From an uncultured delta proteobacterium (GTDB lineage Bacteria > Desulfobacterota > Desulfomonilia > Desulfomonilales > Desulfomonilaceae): 64,000 nt of DNA. Where the stretch lies: NCBI GenBank assembly GCA_963789265.1, contig CAWBKB010000001.1, positions 832,001-896,000 of the forward strand. Reading direction: 5' to 3'. The notes under the pieces are model-generated. The model searched no databases, was not told the DNA's origin, and worked only from the letters and a program-made list of their open reading frames with translations. Positions 9,357 to 19,951 of the stretch are shown one piece after another (the stretch's first letter is position 1; each line of letters opens with the position of its first letter). Position numbers and translations under genes: made by a program.

Positions 9357-10586
9357 GTGAACTTGGAAGAATTTGTGCGAATCAAAAGACTTCCCCCTTA
9401 CGTCTTCCAGGTGGTCAATGAACTTAAGATGAAGCTGCGCCATGCCGGAGATGACGTCATCGATCTGGGCATGGGGAATCCTGACCTTCCCACACCCAAC
9501 CACATTGTAAGCAAGGTGATTGAGGCGGTGCAGAATCCTAGAAATCATAGGTACAGCGCATCCGCGGGCATACCCAAGTTGCGTCAGGCTTTTGCCGCCT
9601 GGTGGGGGCGGCGGTATGGGGTGGACCTGGATGCCGATACGGAAATTGTGGCGACCATGGGCGCAAAGGACGCTTTGGCACACCTCGTCTTGGCTATAGT
9701 CCAGCCCGGTGATGTGGTTTTCGCCCCCTCTCCGACGTATCCTATCCATCCATATTCTGTGGTCATAGCAGGCGGGGATCTAAGACACATCCCCATCAGA
9801 CCTGACAGTGATTTTTACGAGGATCTAAGGGCCGCTGCCCGCTTGACGTGGCCGTTACCCAAAATTCTGATAATTTCATTCCCTCACAATCCGACCACAA
9901 TGGTTGTGGACCAGGACTTCTTCAAGAGAATCGTGGACTTTGCCCACGAATACAAGATCATGGTGATACACGACTTTGCCTATGCAGACCTCACTTATGA
10001 TGGATTTAAGGCCCCGAGCTTCCTTGCAGTTCCCGGCGCAAAAGAAGTAGGTGTGGAGATCTTCTCCATGTCCAAAAGTTACGCCATGGCCGGGTGGCGA
10101 GTCGGATGCGCCGCGGGCAATGCCCAAATGATCGAAGCACTCAGGCGATTGAAGAGTTACATCGATTATGGAATGTTCCAGCCGATTCAGATCGCGGCCA
10201 TCATAGCCCTGAATGAGACGCAGGAGTGTGTTGGACATATCGTGGCGGAATATAAGGATCGGCGGGACGCTCTGTGTTCCGGGCTGAACGATTGTGGGTG
10301 GGAAGTGATCCCGCCAAAAGGGACAATGTTCGTGTGGGCTAAGATACCCGAGCAATTCCGGGCCATGGGTTCATTGGAGTTTTCCAAGCTGGTCGCGGAA
10401 CAGGCCAAGGTGGCAGTGAGCCCGGGCATAGGATTTGGACCTTTCGGGGACGAGTACGTCAGGTTCGCCCTGGTTGAAAACCGGATGCGAATTAATCAAG
10501 CGGTTCGAGGCATCAGACATTTCCTAACTCGTGAGCGCTCGAACGGAAAAATCGCGGGGGGCGAGGTACGTTCCGCGGCAGTGTGA
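9357..10586 (+). CDS. alaC: PLP-dependent class I/II aminotransferase, AlaC/YfdZ-like
   Basis: [43 protein letters not shown]. Confidence 0.8.
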   Translation: MNLEEFVRIKRLPPYVFQVVNELKMKLRHAGDDVIDLGMGNPDLPTPNHIVSKVIEAVQNPRNHRYSASAGIPKLRQAFAAWWGRRYGVDLDADTEIVATMGAKDALAHLVLAIVQPGDVVFAPSPTYPIHPYSVVIAGGDLRHIPIRPDSDFYEDLRAAARLTWPLPKILIISFPHNPTTMVVDQDFFKRIVDFAHEYKIMVIHDFAYADLTYDGFKAPSFLAVPGAKEVGVEIFSMSKSYAMAGWRVGCAAGNAQMIEALRRLKSYIDYGMFQPIQIAAIIALNETQECVGHIVAEYKDRRDALCSGLNDCGWEVIPPKGTMFVWAKIPEQFRAMGSLEFSKLVAEQAKVAVSPGIGFGPFGDEYVRFALVENRMRINQAVRGIRHFLTRERSNGKIAGGEVRSAAV

Positions 10587-10980
10587 TCCTACCGCTCGCT
10601 GCTCCGGTAGGTACGGGCGATCCTGCCCGTCAGTAGGATGTCCCACGAAACGCGGGATTGCCCGTCGTTTTTGGACGGAGCGGGTATCTGTCCAACCCGT
10701 GGGCAGTGTGCCATTTGTTTGAAAGCGCATAAGCACTGGCTGGATTTCCGCGCGCGGCAATGGCGTGAGAGATTGCTCTTGCTGTTTGTGCGGTATTACT
10801 CTCTTTGCGGAGGAGGCGTGCTGCTCTTCGCCTTTGATGCCTTGATGTATGACGCCCCCTTTGCGGCGTAGCACCGAAACGTATCAAGGTCTGAAGTCGT
10901 GTCATGCTTTCTTCTGATGTTCTCCGCCCCTGAAGTTCGTGCCGGACTTGCCTAAGTTTCACATTAAATGAGGACAGCGT

Positions 10981-12297
10981 ATGCGTGAAATTTCCATCGG
11001 ACTGATAGGATTCGGCACTGTGGGATCCGGTGTCGTTCAGATCCTTCAGCGTAATCGAGACATTCTGGAAGCTCGGGCAGGTTTGCCCATTCGCCTCAAG
11101 CGTATCGCGGACAAGGACATTGTATCCGACCGGGGCGTGCAGGTGAATCCTTCGCTGCTCACGACAAATGCGCGGGAAATTCTCGAAGATCCGGACATAT
11201 CCATCGTAGTGGAACTGATAGGCGGGTATGAACCGGCTAAGAGCTTTATATTGGAGGCCTTTCAGAACAAAAAACAGGTAGTGACGGCCAATAAAGCCCT
11301 GTTGGCCGAACACGGACCGGAAATATTTCGCGCGGCCCATGAAGCCGGCGTTGACATAGCGTTTGAGGCGGCAGTGGCAGGCGGGATACCCATACTTCGG
11401 TCGCTGCGGGAAGGATTGGTAGCCAACCGGTTTGAAAAGGTTCTTGCCATACTCAATGGCACGTGCAACTTTATTCTGAGTGCAATGAGTGGGAACCCGG
11501 GTATCTCGTTTGACGAGATGCTGCGGCAGGCCCAGAAACTCGGGTACGCCGAGGCCGATCCGAGCCTCGATGTGGACGGAATCGATGCGGCACACAAGCT
11601 GGTTCTTGTACTAGGCCTGACTCACGGGATTAGAATGCCGGTAAACGGCATCCATGTGGAGGGGATCCGGGGAATCGAGCCGTTTGACGTGATCATGGCC
11701 AAGGAATTCGCTTACAAGATCAAGCTCTTGGCCGTCATTATCAGTCACGGAGACGCGGTCGAAGCGCGGTTGCACCCGACTATGCTTCCCGAACATCATC
11801 CTCTTGCACAGGTAGATGGGGTATTTAACGGCATATACCTTCAAGGCGACATGGTGGGAGAGCAGCTCTTTTACGGTCGAGGGGCAGGGAAGGAACCTAC
11901 CGCGTCGGCCGTGGTGGGAGACGTGATAGAAACCGCGCGGAATATTGTTCGCGGCGAGGCCGGTCGCGTGCCGCCCTTGGGCTACCCCGAGAATTGGAAG
12001 ACAGCCGGCCGCGTGCTGGATATGAAGGAGATCGTAACTAATTACTACATACGCATACAAGCCAGGGACCAACTAGGAGTGCTTTCGAAGATTTCCGGGA
12101 TCATGGCCGATCATCATATAAGCATCCACTCAGTGGTGCAGAAACGGCGGCAAAGTTCCGGAACCGTGCCGGTGGTGTTTCTTACCCATCTGGCCCGGGA
12201 AGCGGACATTCAGGACGCTTGCAGCAAAATCGGGCGACTGGACGCAGTCGAAGGTCCGTTGATAATAATGAGGATAGAAGACGAGGCCCTTGCCTGA
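10981..12297 (+). CDS. hom: Homoserine dehydrogenase with C-terminal ACT domain
   Basis: GFGTVGSG, VVTANKA, FEAAVAGGIP, ILNGTCNFIL, GYAEADP. Confidence 0.96.
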   Translation: MREISIGLIGFGTVGSGVVQILQRNRDILEARAGLPIRLKRIADKDIVSDRGVQVNPSLLTTNAREILEDPDISIVVELIGGYEPAKSFILEAFQNKKQVVTANKALLAEHGPEIFRAAHEAGVDIAFEAAVAGGIPILRSLREGLVANRFEKVLAILNGTCNFILSAMSGNPGISFDEMLRQAQKLGYAEADPSLDVDGIDAAHKLVLVLGLTHGIRMPVNGIHVEGIRGIEPFDVIMAKEFAYKIKLLAVIISHGDAVEARLHPTMLPEHHPLAQVDGVFNGIYLQGDMVGEQLFYGRGAGKEPTASAVVGDVIETARNIVRGEAGRVPPLGYPENWKTAGRVLDMKEIVTNYYIRIQARDQLGVLSKISGIMADHHISIHSVVQKRRQSSGTVPVVFLTHLAREADIQDACSKIGRLDAVEGPLIIMRIEDEALA

Positions 12298-12336
12298 TTG
12301 CCGGGAGACCGGCCAAATGACATTACCGGAGGTAGA

Positions 12337-13395
12337 ATGAATATCTGGAAGGGAATTATTAGGCAGTATCCGGAGTTCTATCATTTTGACAACCAGGACC
12401 ACGTCATCACGATGCTGGAAGGAAACACTCCGCTGATTCCCGTACCCCGGCTTGCCGCAAAGATCGATCCGGGGATCAAGCTGTTCCTGAAATTTGAGGG
12501 GCTGAACCCGTCATGCTCTTTCAAAGACCGGGGCATGACTATGGCTGTATCCCGAGCCGTAGAAACGGGCGCGAAGTCGATAATCTGTGCCTCCACCGGT
12601 AATACGTCAGCTTCCGCCGCGGCTTACGCTGCTCGAGCCGGCATAAGAGCTTTCGTGGTGATTCCCGAAGGGAAGATCGCACTGGGGAAGCTTGCTCAGG
12701 CAATGATACATGGAGCAACCGTGATCAAAGTCCTCGGCAACTTTGACCAGGCAATGAAAGTAGTGAAGGAAATCGCGGAGAATTATCCGTTGACGCTGGT
12801 CAATTCCCTCAATCCCCATCGGATCGAAGGCCAAAAATCGCAGGCCTTCGAAATCTGCGATGTATTGGGTGATGCTCCCGATTATCATGTGCTGCCTGTG
12901 GGCAACGCCGGCAACATAACCGCCAATTGGGCCGGGTACAAGGCTTACAGATCTGCCGGAAAGATAAAATCTCTCCCGAAGATGTTTGGGTTCCAGGCCG
13001 AAGGGGCGGCCCCTATTGTGAGGGGTCACGTGATTGAGAATCCCGAAACCATTGCGACCGCCATACGAATCGGCAATCCGGCATCCTGGAAACACGCTGA
13101 AGAGGCTCGCGACGAGTCGGGCGGTCTGATAGACATGGTTAGTGACGATGAGATCGTTGAGGCTTACAAGATGGTGGCTTCAACAGCCGGCGTGTTCTGC
13201 GAACCGGCCTCGGCCGCTTCCATCGCAGGGGTGATAAAGAAGAGCAAAGAAGGGCTCTTCACCAAAGGCGACAGGATTGTTTGCACACTTACAGGACACG
13301 GGCTCAAGGACCCGGATAATGCTATCAGGGTATCTGTTGAGGCGGTAACCTGTGAGCCGGAGATAAAGAAGGTGTTGAATGTCCTCGGACTCTGA
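12337..13395 (+). CDS. thrC: Threonine synthase
   Basis: EGLNPSCSFKDRG, CASTGNTSAS, PVGNAGN, LTGHGLKD; GGAGGT before ATG 12337. Confidence 0.96.
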   Translation: MNIWKGIIRQYPEFYHFDNQDHVITMLEGNTPLIPVPRLAAKIDPGIKLFLKFEGLNPSCSFKDRGMTMAVSRAVETGAKSIICASTGNTSASAAAYAARAGIRAFVVIPEGKIALGKLAQAMIHGATVIKVLGNFDQAMKVVKEIAENYPLTLVNSLNPHRIEGQKSQAFEICDVLGDAPDYHVLPVGNAGNITANWAGYKAYRSAGKIKSLPKMFGFQAEGAAPIVRGHVIENPETIATAIRIGNPASWKHAEEARDESGGLIDMVSDDEIVEAYKMVASTAGVFCEPASAASIAGVIKKSKEGLFTKGDRIVCTLTGHGLKDPDNAIRVSVEAVTCEPEIKKVLNVLGL

Positions 13396-14608
13396 AAAAA
13401 AATACATTATTCTTGTCCCTGACGGAATGGCCGATTCTCCTGTCTCTGAATTAGGTGGCCAAACTCCACTAAAAGCTGCGAGGACTCCCTGGATGGATAA
13501 GATGGCCTCATCAGGGGTTGTGGGGGTAGCCCGAACCATTCCGGATGGGATGGAGCCTGGTAGCGACGTAGCCAATTTGTCCATCATGGGATATCCTCCG
13601 TCGTCAGTTTATACCGGTAGGGCCCCTCTTGAAGCGGCCTCAATGGGAGTCGACCTGCGGCCGAACGATGTTGCTTTCCGGCTAAACCTTGTGACCCTGG
13701 AACGCAATTACACCATCATGGCCGACCACAGTGCAGACCACATTTCCACCGCGGAAGCACACGAAATAGTAGCTTCTCTACAGCCGGAAGCGGAATTAAT
13801 GGGGCTTACCATAGTGCCGGGGGTCTCGTTCAGGAATCTTCTCGTCTGGCCGGATGGTCCGAGTGGTTGCGTGACCCATGCCCCTCATGACTTTCCATCG
13901 GGGGAGCTTGCCAGAAAGTTTCCTTCAGGAGAAGGAGCCGACCTGCTGCTGCGCCTAATCATCAAGTCCTGGAAACTTCTTGAAGACCATCCGGTAAACG
14001 AACGGCGAATTAAACGGTGCCAGGGCCCGGCTAATTCAGTTTGGCCATGGGGGCAAGGGAAAGCTCCCAGAATTCTGACACTCGGAGACAGATTCGGCAT
14101 TACAGGCTCTGTCGTTGCCGCTGTGGACTTAGTTCGCGGCATCGGCAAGTATGTGGGTCTGGAAATAATAGATGTGCAAGGCGCCACCGGTTACATCGAC
14201 ACCAACTACCAGGGTAAGGTCGAACGTGCTCTGGACTCACTGAAGGAGAAGGATTTCGTGTTTCTCCATGTCGAAGCCCCTGACGAAACTTCTCACTCGG
14301 GCCAACTCGACCTGAAGATCAAGGCGATTGAGGATTTCGACGACAAGGTTGTCGGACCTATGTTGGCTGGGCTGTCGGCGTTCCCCAGGTGGCGTATCCT
14401 TCTGATGCCGGACCATCATACCCCGTTGGCCACCAGAACTCACTCCGCCGATCCGGTCCCGTTTATTCTGCTCGATTCGCGACAATGGAACTCTTCCGGA
14501 AAAGACGCTTCCCTTGGTTTTACGGAAGAGGCCGCGTCTGCTTCGGGTCGATTGGTAGAGGATGGATCAAAGATGATAGAGATGCTGCTGAACAAAGGAG
14601 TAGATTAG
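13379..14608 (+). CDS. apgM: ApgM-family cofactor-independent phosphoglycerate mutase / proposed homoserine kinase
   Basis: DGMAD, PGSDVANLS, YTGRAPLEAAS, HVEAPDE.SH, PDHHTP; overlaps the end of thrC. Confidence 0.88.
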   Translation: MSSDSEKKYIILVPDGMADSPVSELGGQTPLKAARTPWMDKMASSGVVGVARTIPDGMEPGSDVANLSIMGYPPSSVYTGRAPLEAASMGVDLRPNDVAFRLNLVTLERNYTIMADHSADHISTAEAHEIVASLQPEAELMGLTIVPGVSFRNLLVWPDGPSGCVTHAPHDFPSGELARKFPSGEGADLLLRLIIKSWKLLEDHPVNERRIKRCQGPANSVWPWGQGKAPRILTLGDRFGITGSVVAAVDLVRGIGKYVGLEIIDVQGATGYIDTNYQGKVERALDSLKEKDFVFLHVEAPDETSHSGQLDLKIKAIEDFDDKVVGPMLAGLSAFPRWRILLMPDHHTPLATRTHSADPVPFILLDSRQWNSSGKDASLGFTEEAASASGRLVEDGSKMIEMLLNKGVD

Positions 14609-14702
14609 GGTACGTGAGGGACAAGGTCTCCTACCAATGCGCGTGCAACTGAGTGACAATCCGCCATAGTGCTGGTTAAGCTTGGCAACTTACCTCCTAT
14701 CC

Positions 14703-14940
14703 GTCACCCCGGACTCCGATCCGGGGTCCAGTCTGGATGCCCGCCTGCGCGGGCATGACGACAGGCAAGATGCCTGTCCCACGCGAAGCAGTGTCACTCT
14801 TTGGAAAGCGAATCGGCATCAGAAATCCTATCTTACTTTCTCGTTCCCCTGCCCGCCTGGGAACGAGAAAAAGCAGCTTCTTCTCCGGTGGGACGGGCAT
14901 CTTGCCCGTCGCTTAATAACGGGCAAGATGCCCGTCTCAC
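14703..14940. repeat. Mosaic of REP-like palindromes between convergent genes
   Basis: GTCACCCCGGACTCCGATCCGGGGTCCAG..CTGGATGCCCGCCTGCGCGGGCATGAC and GACGGGCATCTTGCCCGTC...ACGGGCAAGATGCCCGTC. Related copies at about 51719-51822, 59244-59345 and 60747-60858. Confidence 0.8.
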
Positions 14941-14947
14941 TAAGAAT

Positions 14948-17905
14948 TCAGCGTGGCGCGACATCTGCCGGGGCAAAGCCCCTCCTTAATGTGTTTTCGC
15001 TTATGCTCCTTATATTCATAAAGCGCAAAAGATAGTCAGGTCCTCCTGCCTTGGAGCCGACACCCGACATGCCGAATCCCCCAAACGGCTGCCTTCCTAC
15101 AAGTGCACCGGTTATTCTCCTGTTTATGTAGAGATTGCCTACCTGAAGTTCACGACGTGCTTTTTCAATGTTTGCAGGACTCCTGGAAAATATGCCCCCT
15201 GTCAGAGCGTATTGTGTGTCGTTGGCAATGCTTATGGCCCTGTCTATATCCGGCGCCCTCATCACTGTAAGCACAGGGCCGAAGATCTCTTCTCGCGTGA
15301 TTGCAGAATCGGGGTTCGCGTCCGCTATTATGACCGGCCCGACGAAATATCCTTCGCCGGTCGTCTTCCTCACAAGAAGCGGCTTGCCTTCTTTCTCGCC
15401 TATTCCGATGTAGCGCCGGACCTTTCTCAGCGCGGCTTCATCCACCAGCGGTCCCATGCCATTCTGAGGGTTGTCCGGAGGACCGATCTTTACGCTTTCC
15501 ATGGCCTCTTTAAGCCTGACTGTAAATTGGTCGAAGATCTTGCCCACAATGATCGCCCTCGAACAGGCTGAGCACTTCTGTCCCTGGAATCCGAGAGCCG
15601 ATTCCAGTACCCCTTTTATGGCCTCGTCCAGGTCAGCGGTTTCATCTACGATGATGGCATTCTTTCCGCCCATCTCTGCTATAACGCTCTTCACATTCCT
15701 CTGTCCCGGCGATATCTCGCCCACGCGTTTTACAATGCCCAGCCCCACATCCTTTGAGCCAGTAAATGCTATGAAGTCTATTTTCGGATGAGAGACCAGG
15801 TATTCTCCAACTTCGCCACCCGGACCCGGCACGAACTGCAGAATCCCGGGAGGAAGACCGGCGGCTTCGAACACTTCCTGAAGCATTCGGCCACAGATAG
15901 GAGCCAGACCGGACGGTTTGAATATAACGCAGTTTCCCGTGACAATCCCTGCTGACACCATGCCTGTCGGTATGGCCAGGGGGAAATTCCAAGGGGATAT
16001 AACTACTCCTACTCCCTTGGGTTCATAGAGATACTGATTTTGCTCGCCGGGGTAATGCCCAAGAACAATCGGCCTACCAAGCCTTGTCATCTCCCGGCCG
16101 TCGTACTCGAGATAGTCGATCGCTTCAGCGACATCACCGTCCGCGTCTTCCCAACCCTTCCCGACCTCGTACACTTCTATAGCTGCCAATTCGAACCTAC
16201 GATTTCTCATCTCCTCGGCTGCACGGAACAAATAACCGGCCCTTTCCTCGGGGGAAGTCTTAATCCATGCGTCCTTGGCTTTTCGCGCCTCTTCGACCGC
16301 TTTCTCTGCATGGTGTCGGTCGCCGGACGCGACTCTACCTACAATTTCACTCGGCCGAGCCGGGTTTTTCGATTCTATCTCCACGTCGGTCCAAACCTCT
16401 TCTCCGCCCAAGACGATCGCATATCTCTCGTTGAAACGCTGCCGTAATCCCGCCAGGGCTTCGTTCATCTTTTCTCTGTTGAGAGACTTGGAGAAATCGA
16501 CAGGTGGTTCGTTCCTGAAACTGTTCGCATGGGTTTCTTTCTCAATCTCACTATCACCGGGTAGCGGGGCCTTGATCAACTCGTCGAATGGCTGTTGTTC
16601 GAGAAAGGATTTTGTGAGGAAGGATTCGTTCGAAGTGTTCTCGAGCAGTCTCCTGATCAGGTATGCCATCCCCGGAATAAGTTCTCCCAGCGGGGTGTAG
16701 ACGCGGACCCGATAATCCATCTTCCGCAGGGCGTGCCGCACGGGCTCCGCCATTCCGTAGATCATCTGGAACTCAAAGGAATCTCTCGGAAGATTGAGAG
16801 AATCCGCCACGGCTATTGCGTGACTGATGCTTCTGATATTGTGCGTGGCAATGGCGGGACGAATATACCTGGTATTCTCAAGCAATATTGCGGTGAGTTC
16901 TTCGTAGTTGAAATCAGTTTCCGATTTATTCACGAAGACCGGAACAGGCCAACCTTTTTGGCGATTTATTACCGTTTCATAGTCCCAGTAAGCGCCTTTG
17001 ACCAGACGGACCGTAATTCTTCTGTCATTCTTCTTTGCCCATCCGATTATTCCCTGGAGATCTTGCTTAGTTTCTCTGAGATAGCCCTGGAGTGCTATGC
17101 CCGCGAAAGAGAAGACCGAGTGTTCTTCAAGAAGGGCCTCGAAAATGGCGATAGAGAGATCCTTGAGGTAGTATTGCTCCATGTCGAGGGTAATGGAAGC
17201 ACCGGCTTCGCCCGCCATCTCGACTATCGGCCCCAGAGCGAGCTTCAGATTTTCAATAAAACCTTCCCAGTCCATTGGGTCAATCTGCGAGTAAAAGGAC
17301 GTGACTTTTAGCGAGACGTCCATAGATGGGATGTGGCCGTGATCGTCGCTATGGAGAATGGCCGGTCTGTTCCATTCGATAGGTTTACCGCCGAGGAAAT
17401 TCAAAAGCTCGCCATATCTTGCGGCATAATGACTTGCCTCTGTTTCGCTCAGCACCTCCTCACCCAAAAGATCGAGGCTTATATCCAAACCTTCGCTCCG
17501 GAGCCTTGCCAGGGATTTCAGAGAATCCTTTGGATTTGTGCCGGCTATGAATTGTGCGGCAAGCGATTCGACAGTGCTCCTGGTGACCTTCGCGGCCATA
17601 CGGGGAAGAATGCCTTTTCCCGGAATCAGCCCTAACCCCTGACGGAATATCATTGGTGTGCCTTCCAGGCCGGAGAAGTATTCGTTGAGCAATTTGACCA
17701 CAAGCTCATCCGTTTTCAGGCAAGGCAGAACGTCCACAAACCTGAAGAGTTGGATCCTGAAGGCTTCATCCTTCATTGCCCATTCCATGATCTTTCCCTT
17801 CCACCTCCGCCTGTCGAATACGGAGGGGACTTGCTCACCGATCAGCGAATAAATTTCACGGCCTGCATCTCTTGTCCTCTCTTCCAGGTCTTGATTCCGG
17901 TCCAT
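14948..17905 (-). CDS. putA: Bifunctional proline dehydrogenase / P5C dehydrogenase
   Basis: RLVKGAYWDYE, ATHN, YLIRRLLENTSN; aldehyde dehydrogenase motifs ISPWNFP, EMGGKN, GQKCSAC, EEIFGP. Confidence 0.96.
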   Translation of the reverse strand: MDRNQDLEERTRDAGREIYSLIGEQVPSVFDRRRWKGKIMEWAMKDEAFRIQLFRFVDVLPCLKTDELVVKLLNEYFSGLEGTPMIFRQGLGLIPGKGILPRMAAKVTRSTVESLAAQFIAGTNPKDSLKSLARLRSEGLDISLDLLGEEVLSETEASHYAARYGELLNFLGGKPIEWNRPAILHSDDHGHIPSMDVSLKVTSFYSQIDPMDWEGFIENLKLALGPIVEMAGEAGASITLDMEQYYLKDLSIAIFEALLEEHSVFSFAGIALQGYLRETKQDLQGIIGWAKKNDRRITVRLVKGAYWDYETVINRQKGWPVPVFVNKSETDFNYEELTAILLENTRYIRPAIATHNIRSISHAIAVADSLNLPRDSFEFQMIYGMAEPVRHALRKMDYRVRVYTPLGELIPGMAYLIRRLLENTSNESFLTKSFLEQQPFDELIKAPLPGDSEIEKETHANSFRNEPPVDFSKSLNREKMNEALAGLRQRFNERYAIVLGGEEVWTDVEIESKNPARPSEIVGRVASGDRHHAEKAVEEARKAKDAWIKTSPEERAGYLFRAAEEMRNRRFELAAIEVYEVGKGWEDADGDVAEAIDYLEYDGREMTRLGRPIVLGHYPGEQNQYLYEPKGVGVVISPWNFPLAIPTGMVSAGIVTGNCVIFKPSGLAPICGRMLQEVFEAAGLPPGILQFVPGPGGEVGEYLVSHPKIDFIAFTGSKDVGLGIVKRVGEISPGQRNVKSVIAEMGGKNAIIVDETADLDEAIKGVLESALGFQGQKCSACSRAIIVGKIFDQFTVRLKEAMESVKIGPPDNPQNGMGPLVDEAALRKVRRYIGIGEKEGKPLLVRKTTGEGYFVGPVIIADANPDSAITREEIFGPVLTVMRAPDIDRAISIANDTQYALTGGIFSRSPANIEKARRELQVGNLYINRRITGALVGRQPFGGFGMSGVGSKAGGPDYLLRFMNIRSISENTLRRGFAPADVAPR

Positions 17906-18212
17906 ATTAATCCCTCGGTCTGTGGCGCATGCCTAGCGCGGTGGGTGCTAATTCGGAATTTGGAGGCAGATGGGGCACCTCATGATGAGGCGGGTGTTAC
18001 CGTAAAGCATTTGTCACAAGGTTTGCAACACCGGCAGTCGAGTGACCCCGTCTGTTTGACATCACCAAGCATAATAAACACTTTATGATAGAGGAATGGA
18101 CGGGAAAGGATTTTCGCTTCAACGAAGCGGCAATTGCGATCATTCAACATGATAATGCGAATATAGGCCGCTTTTGCGCCAAGCCTTTAGAGGCTGGCAG
18201 GGAGAAAGAATA

Positions 18213-18575
18213 ATGAGATACACAGCGATCATGTTATCAATCGGTTTGGCCGCTGCGGCAATAGTAGTCCTCGGTGTAGGATCCGGTTACGCGCAATCGA
18301 CTTCAGGAACCGCCTTCTTGCTCGCGTCCGCGGCAATTGGAGGCTCGGTGATTGGAACTGCGGCACCAGGGCCCTTCATGCTAGCGTTCGCCAGACACGG
18401 AAGAGCGTTCCGAGGCGGGCTTTACCGCGGTGGTAATTTCGGCAGAGGTTTCTACGGTTTCTACGGATATCCTGGGTATTCGTACTATTATGGTGAATAC
18501 CCCGAGTACTACGACACAACGCCAGCCCAATCTTGTGTGTGGAACGGATATTCGTACACCTGCTACAACTTTTAA
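18213..18575 (+). CDS. Small secreted Gly/Tyr-rich hypothetical protein
   Basis: GGAG RBS, signal-peptide-like N-terminus ending GYA, G/Y-rich tail ending C-X7-C. Confidence 0.6.
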   Translation: MRYTAIMLSIGLAAAAIVVLGVGSGYAQSTSGTAFLLASAAIGGSVIGTAAPGPFMLAFARHGRAFRGGLYRGGNFGRGFYGFYGYPGYSYYYGEYPEYYDTTPAQSCVWNGYSYTCYNF

Positions 18576-19072
18576 GTTAGATCGGTCGTTGGTCAAGGGG
18601 CATCGGGCCGCTAATGTCGTCCCGAAAATAATGCCTCAGATGCGTATGCTCAAGAGAGCAAATTTTTCATTTGACGCGCTCCGCTCGGTTAAAGATCCCT
18701 CTTGATCCCCTTGAAAGAAAAGCGAAAAGCGGCTTTTATCCCCTTTGTAAAGGGACACAGGAGGGATTGTCCTCTCGCTTGCTGCCGGTCTCATGTTGAA
18801 AGTGGAGTCAGGGTTGACCGGGCGGAGCTACCTAATGTATCCTAAAAAATTGTTGGGATCTCGGAGACTTTGCGGAAGTCTCCCATGGGGTCCGTGGGCG
18901 TCAACAGACATCGTGGCCAAAATCCCGTCTGGAGACCTCGGGTTTCGGAGCCACCTCCAATCCGGCATAGCTACGATAAACGTGAACTACCGTCGCTGGC
19001 TGGCCTGCGCGGACGGCTCAAGACACCAAACCCCTTTTCGAGATGTAACACCGGAAAGAATAGGAGCGTTTC

Positions 19073-19930
19073 GTGCCTAAGAAAATGTACCTGGGCATAA
19101 TCGGCGTCTTGGTGGGAATTACCCTTGTGATCATGTCAATAACCGCCAGGAATCGTAGCGGCAAGTTTGCTCAGGCTGCTCTGGACGGAAACACCGCGGA
19201 GGTCGCCAGGTTTCTCGCTGACGGTATGGACGTCAACAGCAGGGCGGCCCAGGGCTTGACCGCTCTCATGGCAGCGTCGAACAAAGGGCGAACTGAAGTA
19301 GTCCAGCGACTAATCAAAGCCGGAGCCGATGTGAACATAGCGAGCAATTCCGGTGGAACCGCTCTCATGGATGCTTCATGGAACAGTCACGTCGACGTGG
19401 TGAAGATGCTGTTGGCAAACGGGGCTGACGTGAATGCAAAAGACAAATTGGGTACCACCGCCTTGGCAGGGGCTATCGGCCAGAATCGAACCGAAGTGGC
19501 TAAAACGCTCATTGAACGAGGGGCTAACGTCAATGTCAGAGCTAATGACGGCAAAACCCCTTTGATATTAGCATGTCGTGATGGATTCACCGCAATGGTT
19601 CGATTGTTGCTGGAAAATGGCGCTAGCCCGAAAGTTGCGGATAAAGAGGGCTTCACCCCTCTCATGTACGCCGCTGTAAAAGGCCGTGTCGAAGCGGCCG
19701 GGCTACTGCTGGAAAAAGGTGCCAACGTCAACGCGGTCGAGAATTCGGGCGGCACCGCTCTTATGCTTGCATCTTACGAAGGTCAGTTTGAAATGGCAAA
19801 GCTGCTTCTTCAGAAAGGCGCGGATGTCAATATCAAGGAGAAGACCGGAAGGACGGCCTTGTCGATGGCTTCGGCAAAAGCTCGCGAACGCGTTGTGCAA
19901 CTCTTAAAGGGACACATGTCTCAGCCATGA
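19073..19930 (+). CDS. Ankyrin-repeat protein with N-terminal membrane anchor
   Basis: About 7 repeats of G.T(A/P)L..A...G...V..LL..GADVN; AGGAG RBS. Confidence 0.93.
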   Translation: MPKKMYLGIIGVLVGITLVIMSITARNRSGKFAQAALDGNTAEVARFLADGMDVNSRAAQGLTALMAASNKGRTEVVQRLIKAGADVNIASNSGGTALMDASWNSHVDVVKMLLANGADVNAKDKLGTTALAGAIGQNRTEVAKTLIERGANVNVRANDGKTPLILACRDGFTAMVRLLLENGASPKVADKEGFTPLMYAAVKGRVEAAGLLLEKGANVNAVENSGGTALMLASYEGQFEMAKLLLQKGADVNIKEKTGRTALSMASAKARERVVQLLKGHMSQP

Positions 19931-19951
19931 CCCGGATCGCTGTTGAGCTGC

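Noticed and set aside
10638..10871. 77-aa Cys-rich ORF between alaC and hom
   Set aside because: Starts inside a dispersed repeat also found at about 33797 and has no properly spaced RBS
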